Origin: Pristiophorus japonicus | Taxonomy: Eukaryota | NCBI RefSeq assembly: GCF_044704955.1 | Contig: NC_091999.1 | Location: 21,700,001 to 21,764,000 of the forward strand | Reading direction: 5' to 3' | Length of the DNA stretch: 64,000 nucleotides | Part shown: one piece after another, positions 12,064 to 25,817 of the stretch | How positions within the stretch are numbered: the stretch's first letter is position 1 | How the letters are laid out: each line of letters opens with the position of its first letter | Program-made: the position numbers and the translations under genes | Notes under the pieces: generated by a model | The model's database searches: none | Seen by the model: only the letters and a program-made list of their open reading frames with translations | Told to the model about the DNA's origin: nothing

Positions 12064-14164
12064 TTAACCTATTGTGGGGGAGGCAGCGGAGTCTTTTGTT
12101 GAACTCCGCTCACTCCGCAGCCCAGTGAGGAGTCCCTCGAGCTCACGCTGCTCAAGGTGTTGCGCCTTTGTCAAGGGCCTGCCTGCGGCCAAGGTTTTAG
12201 TGGTGGCGCGGACGGACCCCTTGATCAGCTCTGGCTCGGACCATTTTTCCAGGGCCAGTCGGGCTTGGTTGCAGCGACCCCGGCTCTGGTCCAAAAATCC
12301 CGGAGTTCCTTTGCAGGAATGAGGATGGTCTTGGCGGCGGTCGCGAGCAGATCCTCCGCCTCGCTGGCGGTGGTCTCTAGATTTTACCTCCCGCGTCCCC
12401 CACCGAGTCCCCGTCCTCCTCCGGGAGGTGGCCGCCAGCAGCCGGCCCATCGACCGCACAAGGTATGGCAAATGACCCGGCCGCTCCAACCGGCCCTGGT
12501 TCTGCCCCGATCCCACCCCCAGGAACATCGACAGAGGAGTCCCCACTGGGCTCTTTTAAAAATGGTGCTGGGTCGGGAAACGACAGCGGAAGGGGCTTCC
12601 CCTCCGCCCCCGGAACCGGGGAACAAGGAAAGACCCGGCCATAGGAAATCCCCAGGCTCCCCAAGAGCTCCAGCTCCAAAGTAGGGGGCGAGGATGGGTG
12701 TTCCTCCCCCTCCCCGCTGCGAGCCCCCGGCCCAGCATCTACAGTGTCATTAAAATCATTCATTTCATTTTCTGCCGGGTCGAGCGACTCCCGGGGGAAG
12801 TTGGATATTGGCTGGGCGGGCTCAGGTTCGGCCTTTTCGGCCCCCCCCGCCTCAGTCCCCGGGACGCCCGGCCCAGCGGCAATGCTTTCCTCCGCGATCC
12901 CCACGCCCCCCACGACAGGCAGGTACTCCACGCCATCCCCGGGAGGCAGAGGCTGGGCAGCCTCGACTGTCTCACCCTCCCCAGGGACAGACTCCTCCCG
13001 CCTACGGCGCTGCTTGGGGGCGCTGGTGGTGGACGCGGGACACGCGGCGGGCAACGACTCCTCCGCGTAGGGATGTTGTTCCCCCTCCACCTCATCGGGG
13101 CGGCGCCTCCTTTTGTTGCTGGGGGTGCGCTGAGGCAGGGAGACCTCCATGTCTGCCGAGGCCTCCCGCTCCGCCCCCCCTTTTCCTTTTCTTGCCCTCG
13201 CCCGAGCCCCTCAGCGGTATTCGTCAAGGGCTCGGGCACGGGCTCAGGGCACACCGCGCTCGCCGGTGACTGGGTTGGGCTGAGCGCAGTGGTCAATCCT
13301 TCCGGCGCACTGAAGGGACCCGCCTCTAGATGTTTCACCTTGTTCCGCGCCTTCTTTCCGGTCGGACGCTCTACCTCCCCCCGCCGGAGGCCGTGAAAAC
13401 AAAGGCCCCCGACGATGCCCGTGCACCTATGGCTCCAGGCACGCGGACGCAACTAGGGGGAGGGGTGGCGGCGGCGCCAGCCTTGGCCGCCTTTGGTGGT
13501 TTGGCGGCCTTGGAGGTGGAGCAGTTCTTCCAAACATGCCCCACCTCCCTACAGGCATGGCACCACACGCCGTTCGACGTCCAGAAGATGCGGTAGGCAG
13601 TCCCCTCGTGCACCACATTAAAGTGCCCTTCCGTCGTGTCCTCCCGCGCCAACCGGACAAAGAGCTGGCGGCGGAAGGAGAACACGTGGCGCAGGCTGTT
13701 CTCTCTGAGGCCGAGCGGTATGGGGTTGATCCACGACCTTACCTCCCCCAGTTGGTGTAGATGAGGGAGGGGAGCTCAGCGGGAACAAAGGGCGGGACGT
13801 TTGACACGATGACCCTCTGCGCGGTGGCCTCGAGAGGGTCCACCGGCAGGAACGTCCCGCCCACCGTGAGCCCCTTTTCGATGGCCAGGGACACCACCCG
13901 CTCCGACCCCAGGAAGAACATGACCTTCCCAGACATCTTGGAGGCTGCGACAATGGCCGAGGGGCCGACTACCCCAGCCATCGCCCGCACGCACTCCTCG
14001 ATGGTCATTGTGGGGTGAGTGTAGCTCTTGACCCCGTGTTTTTTTGTGATGAGTTGAAAAGGTGGCAGGGCAGCAGGTGGCGCAAGAGGTGCCGTGGATG
14101 TGGACACTGCCTGCGCATATGTCCTCGCTGGCCCCGCCACCGGCGTGGATGGGGTCGCCATCAC
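12064..14164 (-). pseudogene. Tx1 ORF1 (gag-like nucleic-acid-binding protein), frameshifted
   Basis: RTYAQAV start, VIVSNVPPFVP motif, CHACREVGHVWKNC zinc knuckle, acidic low-complexity middle; ends just upstream of ORF2. Confidence 0.85.
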
Positions 14165-16524
14165 GGGGTCCCATTAAGGGCTACACCCACCCCATAATCA
14201 CAGGCCTCAAAGGTCTTAATTGGCCTCGTTTGATTAGACTGAGCAGAGGAGCTCTTAACGAGGCACACCTCTCCCCTAGTTGGCAATTGGGGAGGGGCCT
14301 TGCTCCCTCTGCTCAGTTCTCTTAATTTTTTTCTATTTTTAAATTGGGAGGAAGGGGTCTCAGAGAGAGAGGGGAGAAACAGAGAGTAACAGAGAAAGAG
14401 AGAGGGGGGTGGGAAGGGGGGGAACTGCGAGGGCAGGTCTCCCCTCGCAGCTGTGGGTGGGTGCAATCCCCAGATGGCAAAACACAAATAGTCTTTGGGT
14501 TGGTCTTCGGGTGAGGGGAGAAGATGTCTTCACCTGGGGCAGCTCGAGCCACCAGGCACACACTCCTAACGATGTTAAATGGGTGATTAAAGAAATGAAA
14601 TCTTCAGCCTGGTAGCTCCAGCTATCCCAGGCTAGGCAATTGGGGGGGGGGGGGGGGGTTCAATTGTGTGTGGGGCCTAGTTGTAGGCAAGTCCCCCACA
14701 CACACTTTCCACACACACACACCCCGCGCGATGTTCCGGCCCTTAGTGGTCTTCTTTCCTCCCCCCACCGATACAACAAAATCTATTTGGGAAATGCACC
14801 CACACCCACATGTAGAATGGTAGTCTCCCTCCTTCCACACTGGATGTTGTTGTTGATCTTTCCCCCTCTCTCCAACTCTTTGTAGAAAAGGTAAAGATGT
14901 TAAACGCTTTCTGCCTTCCTCCTCTCCCTCTGGGTGAAAGTTGGTGGTGAAGCCCCTTCCTTCCTTCACACTGCCACACACAGATACCGTTTCCTTGTTT
15001 CACATCTCAATACAAGGACCATCTCTTCACACATCCCCTTTATGCACAATTGCAGCAGACATGAGCAAGGACGTGAGGCTTATTAAAAGACACATTTCAT
15101 TACAGCAAAGGTTACACTGGGAGAAATGTTCAGTTATTTTCCATTACAGCAAAAATGCCAGACAAACCAGCAGCATACTAGCACCTGAACAGTGTCTCAT
15201 TAGCCTACAGGCTTTCCTTAAATAGATTTGCTGCGTGGAAATAAACTTAAACCAGCTTTGCGGGCATGATGCTCTATTCACACATTGAAGGTGAGATAGA
15301 TGCTGTGGGGCACACACTAAGTCAAGCAGCTGAAAGTGATTTACAGACTGGGTTTTGTGTTTAATGATCCCGGGCGTGTTACCAATGCCGGCAAAGATGA
15401 AGCCCATGGAATAAAAGGGACAGTGGATACTGTCTCACTGTGAGCGTGTCAGAATGAGAAGCTTTAACAACAACCCATGTTTCACAAAGGGAGACCTCAC
15501 CAGACGAAAGGACATTGGGCGTTTAATGGGATGTTTGTGTCACTGGGCTACAGGAGGCTACTTGTGACAGAAGGAAAGCTGGACACAGCAAACGAACAGT
15601 TTAATGGCCTGCCCAGGGCCCACTCTGACCCCCACCTTCTCTCTCTCACTATTGATGGACACTGCTGCAGTAATTGCTCCTCTAACCTTTGCTCTCTTGT
15701 CCCTCCCACACCCCTAACCCGAAACAATCTCCCTCCTCCTACATCCTCACTGTGCTGGAATCCACACCAGTCTCCCGATCTGCTCCTTCTTCTCTCCCTG
15801 GATCCTGAAACTACAGAACTCACTGATCTCCAGGCTCTAAAACTGAAGCTTGGTGGCCCTCAGTCCCTACTCCTTGATTTACCTCCGCTTCTCTCCTCCT
15901 CTTTCCCCCTTGGTTGTGTTCCACACTCTGGGCCTTGGACCTTCCCCGGGGATTCTCAGTATGAACAGGGGGATGTGTGTTGAAACAGGATGTTACTGCT
16001 CTCCTCCTTTAAAGGGAAATGGAGAGGATCAGTTGGGCTGATGGCCCTGCTTTATGACATCACCGCAGTGCCTAACAACCAACCTCCCTGAGCCCTGATC
16101 ATTTTGGGCTGGGTTGAGCTCAGTGCTGTTACAGGAAGGGAAACAGGAGCAGGAATTGACCCGTGTGAAGCCCAGGATTAACGGGGAGAGGTACAGGATC
16201 AATTTATACCTTATTGAGTGCGAAATGTCATTGTCCCAGACACTCCTTGTCCCTCAGTATCTGTGTCGGGGAGCGACCGATGGGTTCACTCTGTATCTAA
16301 CCCGCGCTGTGCACGACTGGAGAGTGTTTGATGCTGGCACGAGGTGCACAGCTTAATGAGCATAACATTTAATCCAAAGATGATCAGATAAACCCATGAG
16401 CTTCACCTCTGGACACAGGTCCTGAAGGACAGGGAGTGTCTCTAATAATTTGGCTGGTATCCTTGATCAAATTTAAACACCTCGCATCTCTTTTTCAAAA
16501 TTCGTTCATGGGATGTGGGCGTCG

Positions 16525-17490
16525 TCTCTCATCTCGCATTCTTCTGTACGAGAGCGAATATAGGTCTCGTCTACTCAATCTCTCATAGGACAATCCCCCC
16601 ATCCCAGAAATCAGTCTGGCGAACCTTCATTGCACTCCCTCTATAGCAAGTTTATCTTTCCTTACATAAGGAGACCAAAACTGTACACAATACGCCAGGT
16701 GTGGCCTCACCGGAGTCCTTTATAATTGCAGTAAGATGTATTTACTCTTATACTCAAATCTTTTTGTAATAAAGGCCAATATACCATTTGCTTTCTTAAT
16801 TGCTTGCATGTAAACTTTTAGCGTTTTGTATACAAGAACACCCAGGTCCCTCTGATCACCAACATTTCCCAATCACTCACCATTTAAAATAAATACTCTG
16901 CCTTTCTATTTCTACTCTCAGTTTATAACTTAACATTTCTTCACATTATATTCCATTTACCATGTTCTTGCCCACTCACTGAGCCTGTATATATCCCCTT
17001 GAAACCTCTTTTCATCCTCCTCACAACTTATATTCCCAACTAGCTTTGTAGCCTCAGCAAACTTCGATATATTACATTTGGTCCCCTCATCCAAATTATC
17101 GATATAGTTTGTGAATTGCTGGGGCCCAAGCACCGATCCTTGCAGCACCCCACCAGTTACAGCCTGCCAACCCGAAAATCGCCCGTTTATTCCTACTCTC
17201 TGTTTTCTGACCGTTATCCAATCCTTGTTCATATATTACCTCTAATCTCACGAGCGATAATTTTGTTTAATAATCCCTTGTGTGGCACCTCATTGAATGC
17301 CTTTTGTAAATCTAAATAAATCACATCAAGTGGTTCGCCCTTTTCTATCCTGCGAGTGACAACCTCAAGAAATACTAACAGATTTGTCAAGTACAATTTC
17401 CCTCTTATAAATCCGTGTTCATTCTGCCCAATCGTGTTATTACTTACTACGTGCTTAATAATATATTTTAGCATTTTCACTACTACTGAT
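16525..17490 (-). mobile_element. Old CR1 RT fragment
   Basis: YLDLQKAFNEVPH, VLQGSVLGP and SKFAEATKL degenerate RT motifs. Confidence 0.85.
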
Positions 17491-17499
17491 ATCAGAACT

Positions 17500-18548
17500 A
17501 TCAGTATTGCACGGGTTAGATACAGAGTAAATCTCACTCCATCCTGTCCCAAACACTATCAGGGTTGATACAGAGTAAATCTTAGACTACAATATCCCAA
17601 ATACTCCCAGGGCAGGTGCAACATGTTTTAGATACAGAGTAAAGCTCCCTCTACACTTTGCCATTAACCAGTCCCAGGGCAGGTGCAGTACAGGTTAGAC
17701 ATGGAGTATCTTTTCCTCAACCCTGCCACAAAACATTCTCAGGGCAGGTACAGCACGGGTTAGATACAGAGTAATGCTGCCTCTGCACTGTCCCATGAAA
17801 CACTCCCAGGGCAGCTACAGCACATGATTAGATGCAGAGTAAAGCTCCCTCTACACTGTCCCATCAAACACTCCCAGTGCAGATACAGCACGTGGTTAGA
17901 TACAGAGTAAAGCTCCATCTACACTGCCCCATCAAACACTCCCAGGATAGGTACAGCACAGGTTACACGGAGTACATCTTCTTCTACCCTGATCCAGCAA
18001 TTCCGTTGCAAATACAGCATTTGTTTCATATTAAGTAAATCTCCCTCTACACTGTTCGATCAACCACTCCCACAGCAGGTACTGCATTGGTTATACACTA
18101 AGTAAAGCTCCCTCTACACTGTCGAAATAAACACTCCTAGGACAGCTACAGCACAATGTAGATACAGTGTAATTCTCTCTCTAATCTTTCTAGAATTCTG
18201 CACAGTTTTGGTCGCCTTAGCTAAAGAAGGATATATTTGCCTTGCTTAGAAACAGAGTAAAGCTCCCTCAACACTCTCCCACCATACATTGCAAGGGCAG
18301 GTACAAAGCAGGTTAGAGACAGAGTATATCTTCCTCAACCCTACCCCAAGCATTCCAGAGCAGATACTGCATTGGTTAGATACAGATTAAAGCTCCTTCT
18401 ACACTGTCCCATCAAACACTCCCAGGGCAGGTACAGCACGGATGAGATACAGAGTAAAGCTCCCTCTATACTGTCGCATCAAAGACTCCCACAGCAAGTA
18501 CAGCACGGGTAGATATGGAGTAAACCCCGCCCTAGACTGTCCCGTCCA
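17500..18548 (+). repeat. 67-bp satellite, about 15 degenerate units
   Basis: Repeated gttagatacagagtaaagctccctctacactgtcccatcaaacactcccagggcaggtacagcacg. Confidence 0.92.
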
Positions 18549-18611
18549 ATGTTATTGAATGGGGAGCAGGCTCCGGGGGCCGGGTGGCCCCCTCCTGCTC
18601 ATATTTCTTAT

Positions 18612-19005
18612 GGGGGAGAATGTGCCGCACTCAGACTGCAGGAGCTCAGTGTGCAGGTGCTGGTCCTGGCTGTGTTTGGAGTATGCGCGGTGCGTGTAAT
18701 AGTGGAGGAGACACATTTCGGGCAGGCTCCACAGAAGTATCCTTTTCAGTGGGACGAAGGGGAATAATGGACCACCGGGGAGTAAGGGAGGCTTCATCAA
18801 CAACCAGTACCCGCCGCAAGCCCGGAATAGTAACCAGAATATCGGCGATTGCAGCTTCGGCGCTTTTTCCCAATCACAGGCCCAGGCTAACAGCGGGCAT
18901 CTTGGTGCAGGAAAGCAGGTTCAGCGCTCCGCCATCTTGATTCACTTAGTAGCACAGTGCAATGTGCGGCCATCTTGGTGCAGGAACAAAGTGAATGATA
19001 TCAGT
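18612..19005 (+). promoter_or_regulatory. CpG-rich promoter/first-exon region of ZNF cassette B
   Basis: CCGCCATCTT and GGCCATCTT YY1-type motifs; reverse-complement homolog of 5031-5415; preceded by the same CR1 tail stub (18549-18611). Confidence 0.65.
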
Positions 19006-19172
19006 GTCTGGAACTGAACCCAGCAAGAGCAAGCAACTTCAGGGGAGGGGAAACAGTGAGTGCAGAACTGAACCCAGCCACAGTCAACACATTCAGGGGA
19101 GGGGAACCAGTGAGTGTAGAACTGAACCCAGCCAGAGTCAGCACCTGCAGGGGAGGGGAAACAGTGAGTGTA

Positions 19173-21413
19173 CATAGAAACATAGAAAAATAGAAAATAA
19201 ATGCAGAAGTAGGCCATTCGGCCCTTCTAGCCTGCACCGCCATTCAATGAGTTCATGGCTGAACATTCAACTTCAGTACCCCATTCCTGCTTTCTCGCCA
19301 TATCCGTGATCCCCCTAGCAGTAAGGACCTCATCTAACTCCTTTTTGAATATATTTAGTGAATTTGCCTCAACATCTTGCTGTGGTAGAGAATTCCACAG
19401 GTTCACCACTCTCTGGGTGAAGAAGTTCCTCCGCATCTCGGTCCTAAATGGCTTACCCCTTGTCCTTAGACTGTGACCTCTGGTTCTGGACTTCCCCAAC
19501 ATTGGGAACATTCTTCCTGCATCTATCCTGTCTAACCCCATCAGAATTTTAAATGTTTCTATGAGGTCCCCTCTCATTCTTCTGAACTCCAGTGAATACA
19601 AGCCCAGTTGATCCAGTCTTTCTTGATAGGTCAGTCCCGCCATCCCGGGAATCAGTCTGGTGAACCTTCGCTGCACTCCCTCAATAGCAAGAATGTCCTT
19701 CCTCAGGTTAGGAGACCAAAACTGTACACAATACTCCAGGTGTGGCCTCACCAATGCCCTGTACAACTGTAGCAACACCTCCCTGCCCCTGTACTCAAAT
19801 CCCCTTGCTATGAAGGCCAACATGCCATTTGCTTTCTTAACCGCCTGCTGCACCTGCATGCCAACCTTCAATGACTGATGTACCACGACACCCAGGTCTC
19901 TTTGCACCTCCCATTTTCCTAATCTGTCACCATTCAGATAATAGTCTGTCTCTCTGTTTTTACCACCAATGTGGATAACCTCACATTTATCCACATTATA
20001 CTTCATCTGCCACGCATTTGCCCACTCACCTAACCTATCCAAGTCGCTCTGCAGCCTCACAGCATCCTCCTCGCAGCTCACACTGCCACCCAACTTAGTG
20101 TCATCCGCAAATTTGGAGATACTACATTTAATCCCCTCATCTAAATCATTAATGTACAATGGAATCAGCTGGGGCCCCAGCACAGAACCTTGCGGTACCC
20201 CACGAGTCACTGCCTGCCATTCTGAAAAGTACCCATTTACTCTTACTCTTTGCTTCCTGTCTGACAACCAGTTCTCAATCCATATCAGCACACTACCCCC
20301 AATCCCATGTGCTCTAACTTTGGACATCAATCTCTTGTGTGGGACCTTGTCGAACGCCTTCTGAAAGTTCAAATATACCACATCAACTGGTTCTCCCTTG
20401 TCCACTCTACTGGAAACATCCTCAAAAAATTCCAGTAGATTTGTCAAGCATGATTTCCCTTTCACAAATCCATGCTGACTTGCACCTATCATTTCACCTC
20501 TTTCCAAATGCACTGCTATGATATCCTTAATAATTGATTCCATCATTTTACCCACGACCGATGTGAGGCTAACCGGTCTATAATTCCCTGTTTTCTCTCT
20601 CCCTCCTTTTTTAAAAAGTGGGTTTACATTGGCTACCCTCCACTCTATAGGAACTGATCCAGAGTCAATGGAATGTTGGAAAATGACTGTCAATGCATCC
20701 ATTATTTCCAAGGCCACCTCCTTAAGTACTCTGGGATGCAGTCCATCAGGCCCTGGGGATTTATCAACCTTCAATCCCATCAATTTCCGCAACACAATTT
20801 CCCAGCTAATAAGGATTTCCCTCAGTTCCTCCTCCTTACTAGACCCCCCAACCCATTTCATAACCGGAAGGTTGTTTGTGTCCTCCTTCGTGAATACCGA
20901 ACCAAAGTACTTGTTCAATTGGTCCGCCATTTCTTTGTTCCCCGTTATGACTTCCCCTGATTCTGACTGCAGGGGACCTACGTTTGTCTTTACTAACCTT
21001 TTTCTCTTTACATATCTATAGAAAGTTTTGCAATCCGTCTTAATGTTCCCTGCAAGCTTCTTCTCATACTCCATTTTCCCTGCCCTAATCAAACCCTTTG
21101 TCATCCTCTGCTGAGTTCTAAATTTCTCCCAGTCCCCAGGTTCGCTGCTATTTCTGGCCAATTTGTATGCCACTTCCTTGGCTTTAATACTATCCCTGAT
21201 TTCCCTTGATAGCCACGGTTGAGCCACCTTCCCTTTTACATTTTTATGCCAGACAGGAATGTACAATTGTTGTACTTCATCCATGCGGTCTCTAAATGTC
21301 TGCCATTGCCCATCCACAGTCAACCACTTAAGTATGATTCGCCAATCCATCGCAGCCAATTCACGCCTCATACCTTCAAAGTTAGCCTTCTTTAAGTTCT
21401 GGACCATGGTCTC
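19173..21413 (-). mobile_element. Young 5'-truncated CR1 LINE
   Basis: Continuous 726-aa frame with RT (QGSVLGP, FADD); (TTTCTATG)n-type tail; tgagtgta repeated at both junctions. Confidence 0.95.
19227..21407 (-). CDS. CR1 ORF2 reverse-transcriptase region (APE domain missing)
   Basis: ORF track 726 aa: KSPGPDGLHP, NYRPVSLTS, QHGF, GVPQGSVLGP, SKFADDTKL; small deletion near the C-terminus. Confidence 0.85.
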   Translation of the reverse strand: MVQNLKKANFEGMRRELAAMDWRIILKWLTVDGQWQTFRDRMDEVQQLYIPVWHKNVKGKVAQPWLSREIRDSIKAKEVAYKLARNSSEPGDWEKFRTQQRMTKGLIRAGKMEYEKKLAGNIKTDCKTFYRYVKRKRLVKTNVGPLQSESGEVITGNKEMADQLNKYFGSVFTKEDTNNLPVMKWVGGSSKEEELREILISWEIVLRKLMGLKVDKSPGPDGLHPRVLKEVALEIMDALTVIFQHSIDSGSVPIEWRVANVNPLFKKGGREKTGNYRPVSLTSVVGKMMESIIKDIIAVHLERGEMIGASQHGFVKGKSCLTNLLEFFEDVSSRVDKGEPVDVVYLNFQKAFDKVPHKRLMSKVRAHGIGGSVLIWIENWLSDRKQRVRVNGYFSEWQAVTRGVPQGSVLGPQLIPLYINDLDEGIKCSISKFADDTKLGGSVSCEEDAVRLQSDLDRLGEWANAWQMKYNVDKCEVIHIGGKNRETDYYLNGDRLGKWEVQRDLGVVVHQSLKVGMQVQQAVKKANGMLAFIARGFEYRGREVLLQLYRALVRPHLEYCVQFWSPNLRKDILAIEGVQRRFTRLIPGMAGLTYQERLDQLGLYSLEFRRMRGDLIETFKILMGLDRIDAGRMFPMLGKSRTRGHSLRTRGKPFRTEMRRNFFTQRVVNLWNSLPQQDVEANSLNIFKKELDEVLTARGITDMARKQEWGTEVECSAMNSLNGGAG

Positions 21414-21771
21414 TGAGTGTAGAACTGAACCCAGCCAGAGTCAGCACCTTTAGGAGAAGGAAGTGTACCTGTGAGTGTCGAACTGAATCCAGCCAGTGTC
21501 AGCACATGCTGGGAAGGGGAAGGAGGGGAACCAGTGAGTGTAAACCTGAACCCAACCAAAATTGGTAGTGAAAACTGGGAGCGGAGGAGAAACTGTCTCG
21601 AAATTTGTGTTGATTTGGATTTCAGCACAGCAGGTGGGCCAACGTGTGGGACAGGGATTTATAGCTTTGGAAGGACAAGGGAGATAAGCATGTTCAATGG
21701 AAACTAGATGAGTCTATCCTGAATTTCGGTCCTGTACTGACAGCGATGAGTTTTGTTGTCCCCTTTTACAG

Positions 21772-22554
<783 letters not shown>

Positions 22555-23035
22555 CTCAAGGGGTTAGAATCTGCTGTTATTGCTGCTGTTAATCACATCC
22601 CGACTGAACCATGTTCATTCTCATAGTTGGGATTTGTTTCTGCTGATAATAACCCTGAAACTGGGCTGGATCTTAATATTCTGGATATATTGCTGATTGT
22701 GTTCTCGGGGCTGCAGTGTCCATTTAAAAACCCTGTGTGTTATCTTTCCCCTTAATTCAGCAACTCTCAACAATAAAATTATGAACTTTTACTTTAATCC
22801 TACCTTGATCTTTGGTGCACAATCTACAATAATATAAACGTTTGTACTGAATATAATCTCCAATTAGAAAGAGCTTGCTGACAATGCTTACTGACTTGCA
22901 CATTAAACACAGCGGCCCCTCCATTATCCACCAGAAAGAAGGAGAATGGGAATTGGTGGGGAATCATTGTCCCCAAATGGTTTCCCCCATCTGGTGCAGC
23001 AAAACCCCTGGCATGGGAATGGAGTCAAGTCCAAA

Positions 23036-24665
23036 CCAAAACTGTGTGTAGTACTCCAGGTGTGGTCTTACCAACGCCCTGTACAGTTGTAGCAGGACTT
23101 CCCTACTTTTATATTCCACCCCCCTTGCAATAAAGGCCAGCATACCATTTGCTTTCCTGATTATTGCTCTACCTGCATGCTAACGTTTTGCATTTCATGT
23201 ACAAGAACCCCCAGATCCCTCCGTACTACAGCATTTTGTAATCGTCCCCATTTAAAGAATAATTTGCTTTTTTATTTGTACTACCAAAGGGGATAAGCTG
23301 AAATTTTAACACATTACAGTCCATCTGTCAGATTTTGCCAACTCACTGATCCTGGCTATATCCTTTCGTAGATTATTTGCGTCCTCCTCACAGCTTGCTT
23401 TCCCAACTATCTTTGTATCATCAGCAAATTTGATTATGTTACACTCGGTCCCTTCATCCAAGTTATTAATATAAATTGTAAATAGTTGAGGCCCCAGCAC
23501 TGATCCCTGTGGCACTCCACTAGTTACAGTTTGCCAACCTGAAAATGATCCATTTATCCCGACTCTCTGTTTTCTGTTAGTTTGCCAATCCTCTATCCAC
23601 GGTGATACATTACCGCCAACCCCATGAGCTCTTAGCTTGTGCAGTAGCCTTTTGTGCAGCACCATATGGAATGCTTTCTGGAAATCCAAATATACAACAT
23701 CAACTGATCTCCTTTATTCACTCCGCTCGTTACATCCTCAAACAACTCCAGGAAATTTGTCAACATGATTTCTCTGTCATAAAACCATGCTGACTCTGCT
23801 TGACTGCAATATGATTTTCTAAATGTCCTGCTACTTATCCTTAATGATAGACTCCAGTATTGTCCCACTGACAGATGGTAGGCTAACTGGTCTATAGGTT
23901 CCTGCTCTCTGTCTCACTCTTTTCTTAATTAGGGGTGTTACATTTGCGGTATTCCTGTCGATTGGGGACTCGCCAGAATTTAGGGAATTTTGTTAGATTA
24001 CAACCGATGCACCGACTATCTCTGCAGCCACTTTTTTCAAACCCTAGAATGCTTGTCATCAAGTCCAGGGGACTTGTCCGTCTTTAGACCCATTAGTTTG
24101 ATTAGTACTTGATCTCTCGTGATAGTGATTGCTCCCCCGCTCCCCCGCCCCCCCGCAATAGCTCCTTGGTTATTAACTATTAGGAAGTTTTTAGGTGCCC
24201 TCTACCGTGAAGACCGATTCAAAATTATTCTTTTAAAGTCTCTGCCATTTCCATGTTTCCTATTATTAATTCTCCAATTTCATCTTCTAAGGGACCAACG
24301 TTTTCTTCAGCTGCTCGTTTCCGTTTTATATCCCTGTGGAAGCTCTTATTTACTGTTTCCATATTCCTTGCTAACTTGCTCTCATCTGCTATCTTCACTG
24401 TCTTCATCATTTTTTTCGTCGTCCTTTGCTGCTTTCTTAAAATTTCCCAATCCTCAGGCTTTCCACTGTCGTTCGCAACATTGTATGCCTTTTTTCAATT
24501 TGATACCATCCTTTACTTCCTTAGTTAGGGTGGGATGGTTCATCCTTCTCTTACCATCTTAATTTCTCACTTGAATAAATCTTTGCTGAGAGTTATGAAA
24601 TATCTCCTTAAATGTTTGCCATTGCATTTCTACAGTCCTACCCTCTAACATATTTTCCCAGTCCA
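23036..24665 (-). mobile_element. Degenerate CR1 ORF2 fragment
   Basis: DFQKAF, SGVPQGSVLGP and KFADDTK motifs; same subfamily as 1166-4265. Confidence 0.9.
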
Positions 24666-24939
24666 CTTGTTGTCAGTGACAAGGGTTGGTTTATATCACA
24701 TGGGAGGAATTTGGTGTCAGTGACTGAGGGGTTATGGAGTGTACTCTACAATTTCTGCTGTCCATATTCCCAATACAAGCCTCCTAAAGCAAGTGCTCTA
24801 CTCGGAGTTTCGACATGGCAGTGACAATGCGTGGGCGGGGCTTCAGCATGTCTGTCAGTTTGATTGGACCACATGTTTGTGCCCAGGTCAGTGGCCCCTG
24901 AAAGGGAACCTTGTTGTTCTGATGATTGTTGTCTGGTGA

Positions 24940-25722
24940 CTCTGGGCCAAATTGGCTCACCCAATTGGGTCAGCCCGTTATCACCCTATTGGGCTAGCCT
25001 TGGCTCACCTGGCCCAGGCCATCCCAGGCTCACCTCATTGGGCCAGCCTGACTCACACTATAGGGTGAGCCCGCGCTCACCTATTGGCCAGCCTGGGCAC
25101 GCCCTATTAGGCCAGCCCGGCTCACACTATTGGGCCCGCCCAGCTCACCCTATTGGACCAGCCCGTGATCACCCTATTGGGCTAGCCTTGGCTCACCTCT
25201 TACAGGCCATCCCAGGCTCACCCTATTTGGCCAGCCTGGCTCACACTATTGGGCCAGCCCGCGCTCACCTATTGGCCAGCCTGGGCACGCCCTATTAGGC
25301 CAGCCCGGCTCACACGATTGGGCCAGCCCGGCTCACACTATTGGACCAGCCCGGACTCACCTATTGGGCCAGCCTGTGCTCACCCTATTGCGCTACCACG
25401 TCTCACCCTATTGGGCCAGCCCATCTCACCCTATTGGGCCAGCCCAGCTCACACTATTGGGCCAGCCCGCGCTCGCCTATTGGGCCAGTCTGGGCACGCC
25501 CTATTAGGCCAGCCTGGCTCACACTATTGCGCCTGCCCAGCTCACACTATTGGGCCATCCCAGACTCACCTATAGAGCCAGCCTGGGCTCACCCTATTGG
25601 GCCAGCCCGGCTCACACTATTGGGCCAGCCCGGGCTCACCTATTGGGCCAGCCTGGGCTCACCACAATGGGCCAGCCCATCTCACCCTATTAGGCCAGCC
25701 CGGGTCACCCTATTGGGCCAGC
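24940..25722 (+). repeat. ~23-bp GC-rich satellite with higher-order structure
   Basis: Unit approximately GGGCCAGCCCGGCTCACACTATT; diagnostic variants recur about every 190 bp. Confidence 0.92.
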
Positions 25723-25817
25723 ACAAAAGACCCATTGTCCAGCGGAGAGAATCAGCAGCTCATTGATTTTATTCTCACTCTGCGCATAGTGGATGCAGAA
25801 CTGAACCCAATCTCGTA

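Larger units (their letters stand above)
7944..14600 (-). mobile_element. Near full-length Tx1-clade non-LTR retrotransposon (5' boundary uncertain, may extend to ~14990)
   Basis: Two-ORF layout: ORF1 with a CCHC knuckle, ORF2 with APE, RT and a C-terminal Cys motif; GC-rich and only mildly mutated. Confidence 0.93.
19006..21556 (+). repeat. 54-bp minisatellite of cassette B, split by a CR1 insertion (arms 19006-19172 and 21414-21556)
   Basis: gaactgaacccagccagagtcagcacc..gggga..cagtgagtg units on both sides of the CR1. Confidence 0.85.

Noticed and set aside
8162-14197. Many overlapping and antisense ORFs within Tx1 (also 31565-35467)
   Set aside because: Expected by-product of high GC content in retrotransposon coding sequence.
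14587-14599. TTAAAGAAATGAA as the 5' TSD of the long Tx1
   Set aside because: It matches only 10/13 to TTGGAGCAATGAA, too diverged for so young an element. UTR-like sequence continues to ~14990, so the 5' end is left unresolved.
15477-15983. 168-aa ORF as a host gene
   Set aside because: Low-complexity pyrimidine-rich sequence with no recognisable domain.
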